Below, one piece after another: positions 29,885-39,486 of a stretch of DNA of 64,000 nt. A program made the translations under genes and the position numbers. Below the pieces are notes generated by a model. That model was not told the DNA's origin and did no database searches. It saw only the letters and a program-made list of their open reading frames with translations. This DNA comes from a candidate division WOR-3 bacterium UBA1063 (lineage in GTDB: Bacteria > Hydrothermota > Hydrothermia > UBA1063), in the NCBI GenBank assembly GCA_002316275.1, contig DCDE01000013.1:2973-66972 (forward strand), written 5' to 3'. Within the stretch, counting starts at the first letter, position 1. Every line of letters begins with the position of its first letter.

Positions 29885-31074
29885 ATTACTCAAAGCTTTC
29901 TATTATTGATTTACCTGATAATACCTTTAAAGGTAAAAAGGTCTTCCTAAGAGTAGATTTCAACGTTCCAGTGAAGGACGGGAAAGTCATTGATGACATA
30001 AGAATAAGGAAAACAATTCCGACAATAACTTATTTGCTTGACCGGGACGGCAAACTTATCGTTGCTTCTCACTTAGGAAGGCCAAAAGGTTCCAGAGACC
30101 CAAAGTACTCTTTAAGACCAGTAGCTGAAAAACTATCAGAATTACTCAAAAGTAGAGTAAACTTTGTAGACGACTGTGTTGGTGAAAAAGTAGAGAAAGC
30201 CGTTCGGGATCTTAAAGAAGGTGAATTATTACTCTTAGAAAACCTGAGGTTTTATGAAGAAGAAGAAAAAAATGACCCCGAGTTTTCAAGAAAGTTAGCT
30301 TCAATGTGCGACATATATGTTAACGATGCTTTCGCCACTGCTCACAGAGCCCATGCCTCCACATACGGGATCGCACAGCACATTGAGTTACGCTTAGCAG
30401 GGATACTTATGAAGAAAGAGATCGATGCACTCACTAAAGTAAGAGAAAATCCTGAACATCCCTTTGTTGTGCTACTTGGTGGGGCTAAGGTAAAGGACAA
30501 AGTTGGGCTTATCGAATACTTGCTACCTAAGGCTGACGCATTCCTAATAGGCGGTGGAATGGCTTACACCTTCTTATATGCCATGGACAAAAAAATTGGG
30601 AAATCTCTACTTGAAGAGGATTTAGTAGATAAAGTGAAAGAATATATCTCAACGGAGAAAATTATTCTCCCTGAGGATCACGTAATTGCTGACAAGGTTT
30701 CTGCAGGTGCTAATTACAGGGCTGATAGGGAAATACCCGATGATATGATAGGTGTTGACATAGGCCCTATTACAATTCAGAGGTACGCTTCTCTCATACC
30801 AGATTCTGGCACCCTTTTTTGGAATGGTCCACTCGGTGTCATAGAAGTTGACGAGTTCTCGAAGGGAAGCACTGAAATCTGTAGAGCTATAGCTTACAAG
30901 ACAAAACACGGGCTTTTCTCAGTCATAGGAGGTGGCGACACCTTAACAATACTGGAGAAAGCAAAACTGGACGAAGATGAATTTAGCCATGTTTCATCTG
31001 GTGGTGGAGCTACCCTTGAATACCTTGCTGGTATCGATTTACCCGGAATTAAAATTCTAAATGACAAAGGTTAA
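29881..31074 (+). CDS. pgk: phosphoglycerate kinase
   Basis: RVDFNVP N-terminal motif and [13 protein letters not shown] overlap with gap. Confidence 0.93.
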   Translation: MNYSKLSIIDLPDNTFKGKKVFLRVDFNVPVKDGKVIDDIRIRKTIPTITYLLDRDGKLIVASHLGRPKGSRDPKYSLRPVAEKLSELLKSRVNFVDDCVGEKVEKAVRDLKEGELLLLENLRFYEEEEKNDPEFSRKLASMCDIYVNDAFATAHRAHASTYGIAQHIELRLAGILMKKEIDALTKVRENPEHPFVVLLGGAKVKDKVGLIEYLLPKADAFLIGGGMAYTFLYAMDKKIGKSLLEEDLVDKVKEYISTEKIILPEDHVIADKVSAGANYRADREIPDDMIGVDIGPITIQRYASLIPDSGTLFWNGPLGVIEVDEFSKGSTEICRAIAYKTKHGLFSVIGGGDTLTILEKAKLDEDEFSHVSSGGGATLEYLAGIDLPGIKILNDKG

Positions 31075-31108
31075 CGACTGAATTTACGTCAATTTAAAGT
31101 ATAGAAAA

Positions 31109-31984
31109 TTACTCTTGATAAAGTTCTTTAAAAAGTTCATTTGCCCTGTCACCATACTTTTCCCGTAGTCGCTTTAAAGCCCTATCTCGCAACTGGGAAA
31201 CCCTTTGTTTACTAATCCCCAATTTATTTCCAATTTCCTCTAAAGTATGCTTCTTGCCATCCTCAAAACCAAAAGATAGTTTTATGATTTCAGCCTCCTT
31301 CTTGCTTAAAAAACTGAAAATTTCTTTGATAAGCTGATTCATCTTAATTTCAGCATAATATTTTTCAGGTGAAGGAAGAGCTTTTTGCCCAATTATATCG
31401 ATAAGTGCTTCTTTACTCTCATCTTCTTCATCCAACGCACGATCGAGGCTCTTTGAAGATAGAGACAAAGCTCTAAGTGCTCTAACCTCATGGGGTGAGA
31501 GCCCTACTTCGTTTGCTATGTCCTCATCGGTGGGATTTTTATTAGCTTTTATAATATAATCTCTTTCGGCACGCTTTATTTGTCGAATTTTTTTTACAAC
31601 AGAATCAGGAAACTTAACATCACCAAGATAATTCTTTAAAAACTTCACCATATAGTCTCTCGCCCAATACCATGCATATGAGAAGAGCCTATTGGATTTT
31701 GAAAAATCGAATTTTTTAATTGCTACTAATATACCTCTGTTCCCCTCATTGACAAGATCAGGAACCACATCATACCCCAATTGGAAAATATTAGCAAAAT
31801 ATTTCGCCATTTCGAAGACTTGTGGGAGCAAGGCAACTACAAGTTTTTCTATAGCTTCCTTATCTCCTGCTTTAGCCCTTTTTATATACTCTCTCTCTTC
31901 CTCAGGAGAAATTTCCTTTGATATTTGTTCTATCTCTTTTAAGAGATATTCAAATGAACTATCAGATCTCTGTTTTTCCGCCAT
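31109..31984 (-). CDS. sigma-70 family RNA polymerase sigma factor (regions 2-4, no long region 1)
   Basis: Region 2-like DLVNEGNRGILVAIKKFD...FSYAWYWARDYM. Region 4.2 HTH HTLEEIGNKLGISKQRVSQLRDRALKRLR. Confidence 0.8.
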   Translation of the reverse strand: MAEKQRSDSSFEYLLKEIEQISKEISPEEEREYIKRAKAGDKEAIEKLVVALLPQVFEMAKYFANIFQLGYDVVPDLVNEGNRGILVAIKKFDFSKSNRLFSYAWYWARDYMVKFLKNYLGDVKFPDSVVKKIRQIKRAERDYIIKANKNPTDEDIANEVGLSPHEVRALRALSLSSKSLDRALDEEDESKEALIDIIGQKALPSPEKYYAEIKMNQLIKEIFSFLSKKEAEIIKLSFGFEDGKKHTLEEIGNKLGISKQRVSQLRDRALKRLREKYGDRANELFKELYQE

Positions 31985-32011
31985 TAAAAGACAAGTTATA
32001 TTAATAGCTGC

Positions 32012-33838
32012 TTATTTCAGCAGCTTTTCATACAATTCAATAGGATAAACATCTAAAGATCTAATCCAACTTGAAAGTTTCTCAACTCTTTCCTTCGGAT
32101 CTGTAGGGATAGTAAGTGGTCTTCCGCGACAATCTACAACAATTCCCACTACTCCACCCTCAACATCCGCCTCAAGCTTTTTGCCTTTTCCTGCACCTAC
32201 ATCAAAATTCTTTGAAGGTTCAATTATAGCCTTCGCCTTCTCCCCAACACTTAGAGGAATTCTCAGAAGCTCACCAAAATTTATTTCCTTCTCAATCTTT
32301 GAACCATCCTCTTTAATGAGTGTAAGATCGATACATTTCTTACCATCTTTATCGAGACCAACAGGCGAAATTGATGATCCAAGCCTAATAAGACAATCTC
32401 TATCAAATACTTCAGTAGCAGCTGATTCGTGCACTTCTGAAAGGACACCAAGGTGTGGCATCATAAATATTGAATCTACTGCAAGCATCGTAACACCCTC
32501 AGGCTGAAAAGCATCGAGTATCATAAGGGCTGATTGAACTCTCCTTGGAGCGTGGGATAAAGTACCACCTGAACCAATTATGATGGCAAGAGACATCATA
32601 TCCACAAGGGTAGTACCAGAGAGTGTCTGTGCAAAGGCCTCAGAAATGGTTCGCTCCTGCTGGACTCCCTTAAGTCCCACCGCCATAGTCTTATGGTGTT
32701 CAAAGGCAAGCCTTAAAGCTTCTCTTGCAATAGCCTGTTCAATAATTAACTCCTCAAGAGTTTGAGGAATAGTTGTAGGCCTGATCATTTTATTTCTAAT
32801 TCTATTTTTTAGGTCATACTCATCGATAGTAAACGGGACCCACCGTAATATGTTCTCAACCCCCGCTGAAACCAGAACATTAGATACGGAATAGCTCATT
32901 CCAAGGTTCGCAGATACCGTCCTATTGAAAATGCCACTAAAGACAGAAAAGACATCCGTTGTAGCACCTCCAATGTCTACGCCAAGGACATCGATATTTT
33001 CATTCTTTGCTACTTTTTCAACGAGGAGCCCAACAGCTCCCGGCGTTGGCATAATTGGATGGTCAGTCCAGGTCATCAGTTTCCTATAACCTGGTGCATG
33101 CTGCATCACGTGCTCCATAAATAGATTATGAATCTTATGCCTTGCAGGCCCAAGGTTCTCTCTTTCAAGAACAGGCCGAATATTATCAACAATAAACAAA
33201 GCAACCTTGTCTCCCAGTATTCTTTCAATTTCCTCCCTTGCATCCTTGTTACCCGCATATATTACAGGCAACTTATACCCTGTTCCGAATCTCGGTTTCG
33301 GGTCGGCAGCCCTAATCAGCTCTGCAAGTTCTACAACATGCTTAATAGTACCACCGTCAACACCACCAGCAAGGAGTATCATATCAGGTCTAAGTCTTCT
33401 AATCAACTCAACTCTCTCATGAGGCATTCTACCATCATTAGAAGCTATAACTTCCATTACAATAGCACCAGCACCTAAGGCAGCTCTGGCAGCGCTCTCT
33501 GCAGTCATCGTCTTTACTACACCACAAACAAGCATCTGTAGTCCGCCACCGGCAGACGAGGTTGAAACATATATATCTACACCCATATGCTCATCGCGTT
33601 TAGGTTTTATAATCAGTTCTCCGTCGAGGATTTTTACATTCGTTAGCTCTTCTACTTCTCTAAAGGAATTTAAAACTCCTTTTGTCACATCCTCATAGGG
33701 CGCCTCCACTGTTGTGGGGGCCTCACCTCTTGTGATCAATCTGTAACCCTCGGGTTTTTTCTCGATTAAAATTGCTTTTGTAGTTGTACTTCCGCAATCT
33801 GTTGCAATAATTCTCTCGAGATCCTTTGCATCAGCCAT
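32012..33838 (-). CDS. GlmL/glutamate-mutase-L-like ASKHA-fold ATPase (function unknown here)
   Basis: Sugar-kinase/actin-type phosphate motifs ATDCGSTTTKAIL and GVDIGGATTDVFS. 608 aa. SD GGGAGGG upstream. Confidence 0.55.
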   Translation of the reverse strand: MADAKDLERIIATDCGSTTTKAILIEKKPEGYRLITRGEAPTTVEAPYEDVTKGVLNSFREVEELTNVKILDGELIIKPKRDEHMGVDIYVSTSSAGGGLQMLVCGVVKTMTAESAARAALGAGAIVMEVIASNDGRMPHERVELIRRLRPDMILLAGGVDGGTIKHVVELAELIRAADPKPRFGTGYKLPVIYAGNKDAREEIERILGDKVALFIVDNIRPVLERENLGPARHKIHNLFMEHVMQHAPGYRKLMTWTDHPIMPTPGAVGLLVEKVAKNENIDVLGVDIGGATTDVFSVFSGIFNRTVSANLGMSYSVSNVLVSAGVENILRWVPFTIDEYDLKNRIRNKMIRPTTIPQTLEELIIEQAIAREALRLAFEHHKTMAVGLKGVQQERTISEAFAQTLSGTTLVDMMSLAIIIGSGGTLSHAPRRVQSALMILDAFQPEGVTMLAVDSIFMMPHLGVLSEVHESAATEVFDRDCLIRLGSSISPVGLDKDGKKCIDLTLIKEDGSKIEKEINFGELLRIPLSVGEKAKAIIEPSKNFDVGAGKGKKLEADVEGGVVGIVVDCRGRPLTIPTDPKERVEKLSSWIRSLDVYPIELYEKLLK

Positions 33839-33868
33839 TATAACCCTCCCACTCTGCTAGAAAATATT

Positions 33869-35125
33869 TTAATGAAAAACCCTTAAAATATCAAAAATAG
33901 TTATAACAATCATCAGTGCTATAAGTAAACTAAAACCAACAAATTGGATAATTCTCTTTACCTCTGGCGAAAATTCTCTTCTGAGGATTCCTTCAAGAAA
34001 ATATACCCAAAAATGCCACCCATCTAAAGCAGGAATAGGCAATAGATTAATAATAAAAAGGTTAATCGAAATAAGACCAAGTAAGTAAAGAAGTTGAAAC
34101 AGACCATAGCTCGACACACTATAGATAACCTTTCCGATCATAATGGGCCCGCCAAGGCTTGAGACTGGTACCTTACCTACGAAAAGTCCAACTAAGTAGA
34201 CAATTAAAGTCCAGGTTACTTCAGCGCTTCTAACGACAGATACACTAACGGCATCAACGAGATTGAGTCTTTTCCTAATGGAAGGGGCAAGAATACCGAT
34301 TCTTCCAATCTCTACACCCTCTGTAGAGGCCTCAGAACCTACCTGCAAAGGGACAAGAAGGGTGTCATTTGATCTTAAAACTGTGAGTACAATTTGATGC
34401 CCCGCGTTATGTCTAATAGAATCTACGAGTTCATTCCATGTGCTAACCTCTACATCATTAAATTTTAGGATAAGATCTCCCACTTTTATGCCCGCTTTAA
34501 AGGCTGGACTCCCCTTCTCCACTCTATGAACAAGGGGTGGGATATTAAAAACCACATTAAGAGAATCAAAGTTCCTTCCAATACTTGTAATATCGACAAC
34601 TTCATTATTACGAATAACTTTTACAGTGTGCGTATCTCTTTTTGAGTAATAATAATAAAGATCCTCTACAGTGTTAATTGTTTTACCATCAATGGAGATA
34701 ACACTATCGCCCTTTATAAATCCAGCTGCAGGGTTGCCGACGGCATATATACTATATAGAGGGACCGTTTCATACCCTACGACCGAGTAACCCAGAATAA
34801 ACGTGACTATAGCGAGTACTAAATTAAAAAGAGGTCCAGAAATCACAACAAACATCTTCTTATAAAATGGCTGTGGCCAGAAATCACCAGGCGAAGGAGC
34901 ACCAGATTTCTCTTCTCCTTGTATTTTGACAAAACCACCAAAGGGTATCAACGAAAGCGAGTATTGAGTTCCATGCTTATCTTTAAATGAAAATAGTCTC
35001 GGGCCAAAGCCAATAGAAAACTCTTCTACATTAATATTTGAGATTCTACACGCAAAGAAGTGCCCAAACTCGTGAACAGTTATCAAAATACCCAGAAAAA
35101 TAAGGACAAGAATAACTGTAACCAT
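33869..35125 (-). CDS. rseP: site-2 protease RseP (M50 zinc metalloprotease with PDZ)
   Basis: HEFGHF zinc motif, central PDZ-like region and NLLPIPALDG motif. Confidence 0.88.
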   Translation of the reverse strand: MVTVILVLIFLGILITVHEFGHFFACRISNINVEEFSIGFGPRLFSFKDKHGTQYSLSLIPFGGFVKIQGEEKSGAPSPGDFWPQPFYKKMFVVISGPLFNLVLAIVTFILGYSVVGYETVPLYSIYAVGNPAAGFIKGDSVISIDGKTINTVEDLYYYYSKRDTHTVKVIRNNEVVDITSIGRNFDSLNVVFNIPPLVHRVEKGSPAFKAGIKVGDLILKFNDVEVSTWNELVDSIRHNAGHQIVLTVLRSNDTLLVPLQVGSEASTEGVEIGRIGILAPSIRKRLNLVDAVSVSVVRSAEVTWTLIVYLVGLFVGKVPVSSLGGPIMIGKVIYSVSSYGLFQLLYLLGLISINLFIINLLPIPALDGWHFWVYFLEGILRREFSPEVKRIIQFVGFSLLIALMIVITIFDILRVFH

Positions 35126-35128
35126 TTA

Positions 35129-35770
35129 TCAAAAATCTTTCGATTGAACAAGGGTGTATTTCATCACCCTTTTCCAATTTTTAAAGCCGCCTCTTAGCAT
35201 ATAACTGTTTCCATATCCCTCTTTCCTGAGCCAACTGAGGACATCCCTATCTTTGTCAGAATCAGCCACGATAATAAGGAGAATATTTTTCGGAACGCGC
35301 ATGCTCTTAATTTGGCTTTCAAAATCGTCTTTACTTAGCCAAACTGATCCCACAAGATGTTCACGTTCATAACTTTCCTTACTTCTCACATCAAGAATTA
35401 CGGTGTAATATCCCTGAAGCGCCTCTGGGTCCAAACACATTTTTAACACTTTACCTCGCAAGGTCAGATAAATCTCAGGATCTTGTTTAGAAAATGTGGT
35501 TATTTTAATATATTCAGACACTTCCCCAGAGCGCCCCTTTGTATTTAGTGATGCCCTTATCATTATGGAATCACCAGGCAGAATATACTCGGATGAATAT
35601 GTGGTATATGTACATCCACAACTCGCCCTTATGGACTTTATTTTGACTGTATCTTCTTGTGAAATGTTCTTCAGCCAAAATATCGCGCTTACAACCTCAC
35701 CTTCCTCAACTTCTCTAAAATCATACACCTCGGGGGAGGCAGCAAGTGATAAAACTAAAGATAAGAGCAA
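35129..35770 (-). CDS. DUF1573 domain fused to a rhodanese-homology domain
   Basis: ASCGCTYT (DUF1573 hallmark). C-terminal rhodanese-like fold (ILDVRSKESYEREH...LRGGFKNW) whose active-site loop reads VADSDKDR, with no Cys. TTG start with SD GGAGGTGA. Confidence 0.6.
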   Translation of the reverse strand: MLLSLVLSLAASPEVYDFREVEEGEVVSAIFWLKNISQEDTVKIKSIRASCGCTYTTYSSEYILPGDSIMIRASLNTKGRSGEVSEYIKITTFSKQDPEIYLTLRGKVLKMCLDPEALQGYYTVILDVRSKESYEREHLVGSVWLSKDDFESQIKSMRVPKNILLIIVADSDKDRDVLSWLRKEGYGNSYMLRGGFKNWKRVMKYTLVQSKDF

Positions 35771-35796
35771 TATAATCCCTCACCTCCATTTGGATA

Positions 35797-35825
35797 ATTC
35801 TAAGGTTCCCCTCATATACAATCAA
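35797..35825 (-). promoter_or_regulatory. promoter candidate TTGATT-17-TAGAAT for the DUF1573-rhodanese/rseP/sigma operon (26-nt leader with SD)
   Basis: Minus strand: TTGATT gtatatgaggggaacct TAGAAT tatccaaatGGAGGTGAgggattata TTG(35770). Confidence 0.4.
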
Positions 35826-35847
35826 ATTAAAGATATCCACCAAGTGT

Positions 35848-35876
35848 TTGAATATGTATAGCTCAGGTTATACACT
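35848..35876 (+). promoter_or_regulatory. promoter candidate TTGAAT-17-TACACT; cyclase ATG 10 nt downstream
   Basis: TTGAAT atgtatagctcaggtta TACACT taatgtaata ATG(35887). No SD. The ORF-track TTG start at 35848 is the -35 hexamer itself. Confidence 0.4.
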
Positions 35877-35886
35877 TAATGTAATA

Positions 35887-38800
35887 ATGAAATGTCCACA
35901 ATGTGGTTCGGATAATCCTCAAAATGCCAATTTTTGTATGAATTGTGGTACATCTTTTTCTGGTATTGCAATACCAGAAAAGAGGAATGTTACAGTTCTC
36001 TTTGCAGATCTCGTAAATTTCACAAGAATAAGTGAAAATAAAGATCCTGAAGATGTTCTGAATATGCTTAATTCGATTTTTCAAGTTTTTGAAAAAATTG
36101 TTTACGAATATGACGGGACTATTGACAAATATCTTGGCGATGGTGTAATGATACTTTTTGGCGCTCCAGTAACTCATGAAGACGACTCAGAAAGAGCCAT
36201 GAGGTGTGCAATAGAAATCGTAACCAGCGTGCACAAAATTAGAGAAGAATTAAATGAGGACATTAAGATTAAAGTGTCGATAAACTCTGGATACGTAATT
36301 AGCGGTTATACGGGAGGCACCAGGAAAAAAATGTACACTGTTATCGGCGACACTGTTAACGTTGCGGAAAAAATAAATGAACTGGCAAGTCCAAGCTCAA
36401 TAGTGGTCACTGAAAATATTTATAAAGAAACTAATGGTTCATTTGAGTTTAGAAAACTTGGAAACTATGTAATACCTGGAAGGGAAGGACCCATTATGCT
36501 CTATGAATTCCTTAAGCCTAAATATGAGAAATATGTTCCTTCTACTATAAAAGGGAAACTTGTACCTCTCGTTGGAAGACAAAAAGAGCTTAGCACACTG
36601 ATAAATTTCTTGCACTCTTCACTTAATGGAGAAGGCAGAATTGTAGCAGTTATAGGAGAAGCTGGTGTCGGAAAATCCAGAATGAAGTATGAAATTAAAA
36701 ATTACTGCAATGCCTATTTGGATCTACTAATACTTGAAGCTGATTGTAGAAGTCAAGATAAAGAAGCAATCTATGCACCATTTATTGAAATTCTAAACAC
36801 ATTTTTTGATATTAAACCCTATGATGACAAAGAAACGAGACGAAATAAAGTCACAAAAATTATAGAGGATTTAAATGTTACAGAGGATATCAGTAGTGTA
36901 ATTAAGAACCTGCTGGGGTTAGAAACAGAGCTAAAACCAAAAGAAAAAATCGAAGTCTACAAAGCAGTATCTGAAATATTAAAACTTGCCTCAAAGAAGA
37001 AACCCATCTTTATAATAATTGAAGATCTGCACTGGGTTGATGATGCTTCTATTGAACTTCTAAAATTTCTCCTGGAGAAAATAAAAGAAATGCGAATGTT
37101 TTTGCTGCTTACTTACAGACCATCGCCGAAGATCTCTCTTCCTGACCTGCCGCATTTTGAAACTATAAGTCTACCAAATTTATCTAAAGAAGAATGCATA
37201 GAATTGATAAAAAACTTGCTCGAGGTAAAAGATGTCCCAAGAGAATTATCAGATCTAATTTACCAGAGAACAGAGGGGAATCCACTATTCATTGAAGAGT
37301 TAACAGAAATGCTCTACAAGGAAGAATTCCTACAAGTACAGAATGGAGCCATCGTAATATGTAATAATCTCGATTCCGCCTCCATCCCTGACAAAATTAT
37401 TAACCTTTTTTTACAAGAAATCGATAGATTGCCTCCAGATACAAAACATGTAGCAAAAGTGGCATCTGTCATTGGAAGGGAGTTTAGTAAATTGATTTTA
37501 CGAGAGGTAATCCAGGAGGAAAACCTCGAAATTCATCTTAGGCGACTTGAAGAGTCGGGCTTAGCATTCAAAGATAAGGTAAAGGAAGATTATTATGTAT
37601 TTAAACACTCTTTTGTAAGGGATGCTGCAAGTAGTCTCTTGCCAAAGAAAGAGCAGAAAGAACTCCATGCGAAAATTGGAGAGTGCTTCGAGAAAGTCTA
37701 CAAAGATCGAATCGAGGATTTTTATGAAACCATTGCATTTCACTTCGAGCTCGGGGGAAACTACCCAAAAGCGTTCCTGTATAACTACAAACTGGGGCTT
37801 AAGTTTACAAGTATTGGGATGTACTCTCCCGGATACTCGAGATTGAAAAAGGCGGAAGATATTCTGAAGAACGTCACAAAAGAGGAATTTAATACAATTA
37901 GCATTGAAGATCTGTATACACTTTATATTTCCACTGCAAAAGTTCTTCATAAGATGGGACAACTTGCAGAAGCTCTTCCAAAGTTAGACCAGGCTTTGGA
38001 TATTGCTCTCCGAATAAGTGACACGAGCAAGTTAAAAGAATGTCATAAACTAAAAATAGAGATACAATATACATTGGGGGACCTCGAATCAGCGGAATTG
38101 AGTCTTGAATCTGTTAGATCCTATATTGACAAATTTTTCTACGAATTAATAAAATTTAAGCTCTCAGCTGAAAGTGGGCTTATCGAGCCTGAGAAAACTT
38201 CCATCCAAGCTCTAAACAGGGTATTAAAAGGAAATGATAATCCTATTGAATCTGTGGAACTAGTTAATTCGTATCTCAATATGTTGTACACCTTTTCTCA
38301 GAAAGAAAAATTTGTGCCTATATTGAAGATTCTTGATGAGCTTGAAAAACAAGTTCAGCAAGAGTTAATGCCTGATTTTAAGCTTCACAAAGTTCACTCG
38401 TATATAATTTGTAGGAATTTCGAAAGAGCGAAAAACGAGGTAGAGACTCTTAGACTGTTGGTCAAACGAGAATACAATGAAGAGAAATATGCACGTTTAC
38501 TTATTGCTGATTCTATTCTTAAACGAGAAGAGGGAGAGTACGCAGAAGCGCAACAGCTCCTTAATTTTGCAAAGAGTGTCTCTGAAAAGATACCTAATAG
38601 TTATATCAAAGCAATTTCGCTTTTAGAGCTCGGAAAACTTTCATTATATTACCTCGGTGAAAGGATAAACTCTATCCAGTATTTCAACAACGCATTGGAG
38701 ACCTTTCAGGGTACTGGTGAAATGAGATACGTTGAACTATGTAAAATCCATCTTTGGCAGTCAAATTTAATAATTGGTAACCCAATCCAATATGAGCACT

Positions 38801-39471
38801 TACCTCATCCTCTAAAACTAAAAACACCTCAAAAATCCGCAAGGGTCAGTAGCTGCATTAAAGTCTTAAATGCATTAGTAAACCTGCTTTGCGGAAATAT
38901 TAATGATGCTCTCTCGTCTCTTGGGAAGACAAACTATTTTTATTGTGACTCGGAGCTCCTTATTCTCTTAGCGTATACGTTGTTGCTCCTTCCTCTATAT
39001 CTCGACGTCAATGACCTTTTAATTGAATTTGATAAAACCATGTCTGTCCTTTCAAATAGGACTGAGTCCCTCCTTGAATATGCTCATTATTACACAATAG
39101 GTATTCTCCATTCGTTACTCACTGGAAACTATGATAAAGGTATATCTATTATGAAACAAGAGGGAACTAACCCAAAGATGCGAGCCCTACGGGAAAGCGC
39201 CATAATCTGTGAAGTTGCGCCTATATTACTTGACCCTGAAAGAGACAGAAATGATAAGGCGGAAGCCATCGAAGAAAGCTTAACACAACTTGAAATCGCG
39301 AGATTCTCCATCCTCACTACTCTGTTACAGACAATCCAGTTCAAGTTGATAGAACCTTTTGAGATTCCTATTAAGACAGACAAATTACATCAACTCCAAG
39401 AAACCTTGCGAAAATTTAAATTTCGGAACTTACTTTCATCTGTTGAAAATTTGAACCGAGAGTTAAATTGA
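35887..39471 (+). CDS. zinc-ribbon / class III nucleotidyl cyclase / AAA_16 (STAND) ATPase / helical-repeat protein
   Basis: MKCPQCGSDNPQNANFCMNCG. Cyclase motifs VLFADLVNFT, DKYLGDGVMILFG and IGDTVNVAEK. Walker A GEAGVGKSR. Walker B IIIEDLHWVDDAS. EGNPLFIEEL. About 600-aa TPR-like tail. Confidence 0.8.
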   Translation: MKCPQCGSDNPQNANFCMNCGTSFSGIAIPEKRNVTVLFADLVNFTRISENKDPEDVLNMLNSIFQVFEKIVYEYDGTIDKYLGDGVMILFGAPVTHEDDSERAMRCAIEIVTSVHKIREELNEDIKIKVSINSGYVISGYTGGTRKKMYTVIGDTVNVAEKINELASPSSIVVTENIYKETNGSFEFRKLGNYVIPGREGPIMLYEFLKPKYEKYVPSTIKGKLVPLVGRQKELSTLINFLHSSLNGEGRIVAVIGEAGVGKSRMKYEIKNYCNAYLDLLILEADCRSQDKEAIYAPFIEILNTFFDIKPYDDKETRRNKVTKIIEDLNVTEDISSVIKNLLGLETELKPKEKIEVYKAVSEILKLASKKKPIFIIIEDLHWVDDASIELLKFLLEKIKEMRMFLLLTYRPSPKISLPDLPHFETISLPNLSKEECIELIKNLLEVKDVPRELSDLIYQRTEGNPLFIEELTEMLYKEEFLQVQNGAIVICNNLDSASIPDKIINLFLQEIDRLPPDTKHVAKVASVIGREFSKLILREVIQEENLEIHLRRLEESGLAFKDKVKEDYYVFKHSFVRDAASSLLPKKEQKELHAKIGECFEKVYKDRIEDFYETIAFHFELGGNYPKAFLYNYKLGLKFTSIGMYSPGYSRLKKAEDILKNVTKEEFNTISIEDLYTLYISTAKVLHKMGQLAEALPKLDQALDIALRISDTSKLKECHKLKIEIQYTLGDLESAELSLESVRSYIDKFFYELIKFKLSAESGLIEPEKTSIQALNRVLKGNDNPIESVELVNSYLNMLYTFSQKEKFVPILKILDELEKQVQQELMPDFKLHKVHSYIICRNFERAKNEVETLRLLVKREYNEEKYARLLIADSILKREEGEYAEAQQLLNFAKSVSEKIPNSYIKAISLLELGKLSLYYLGERINSIQYFNNALETFQGTGEMRYVELCKIHLWQSNLIIGNPIQYEHLPHPLKLKTPQKSARVSSCIKVLNALVNLLCGNINDALSSLGKTNYFYCDSELLILLAYTLLLLPLYLDVNDLLIEFDKTMSVLSNRTESLLEYAHYYTIGILHSLLTGNYDKGISIMKQEGTNPKMRALRESAIICEVAPILLDPERDRNDKAEAIEESLTQLEIARFSILTTLLQTIQFKLIEPFEIPIKTDKLHQLQETLRKFKFRNLLSSVENLNRELN

Positions 39472-39486
39472 TATAAAATTAGAAAG

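Noticed and set aside
32012-33838. The GlmL-like gene as a marker of a B12-dependent glutamate or ornithine mutase pathway.
   Set aside because: No mutase S/E subunits or other pathway genes are in the window. Its neighbours are rseP and a sigma factor, so the pathway assignment is unsupported.
35848-35857. The identical 10-mer TTGAATATGT occurs at 35848 and at 44311, upstream of the cyclase and Wzc-like genes. It could be a shared operator.
   Set aside because: The first six bases are the -35 hexamer. A 4-nt extension match between two AT-rich promoters is within chance expectation.
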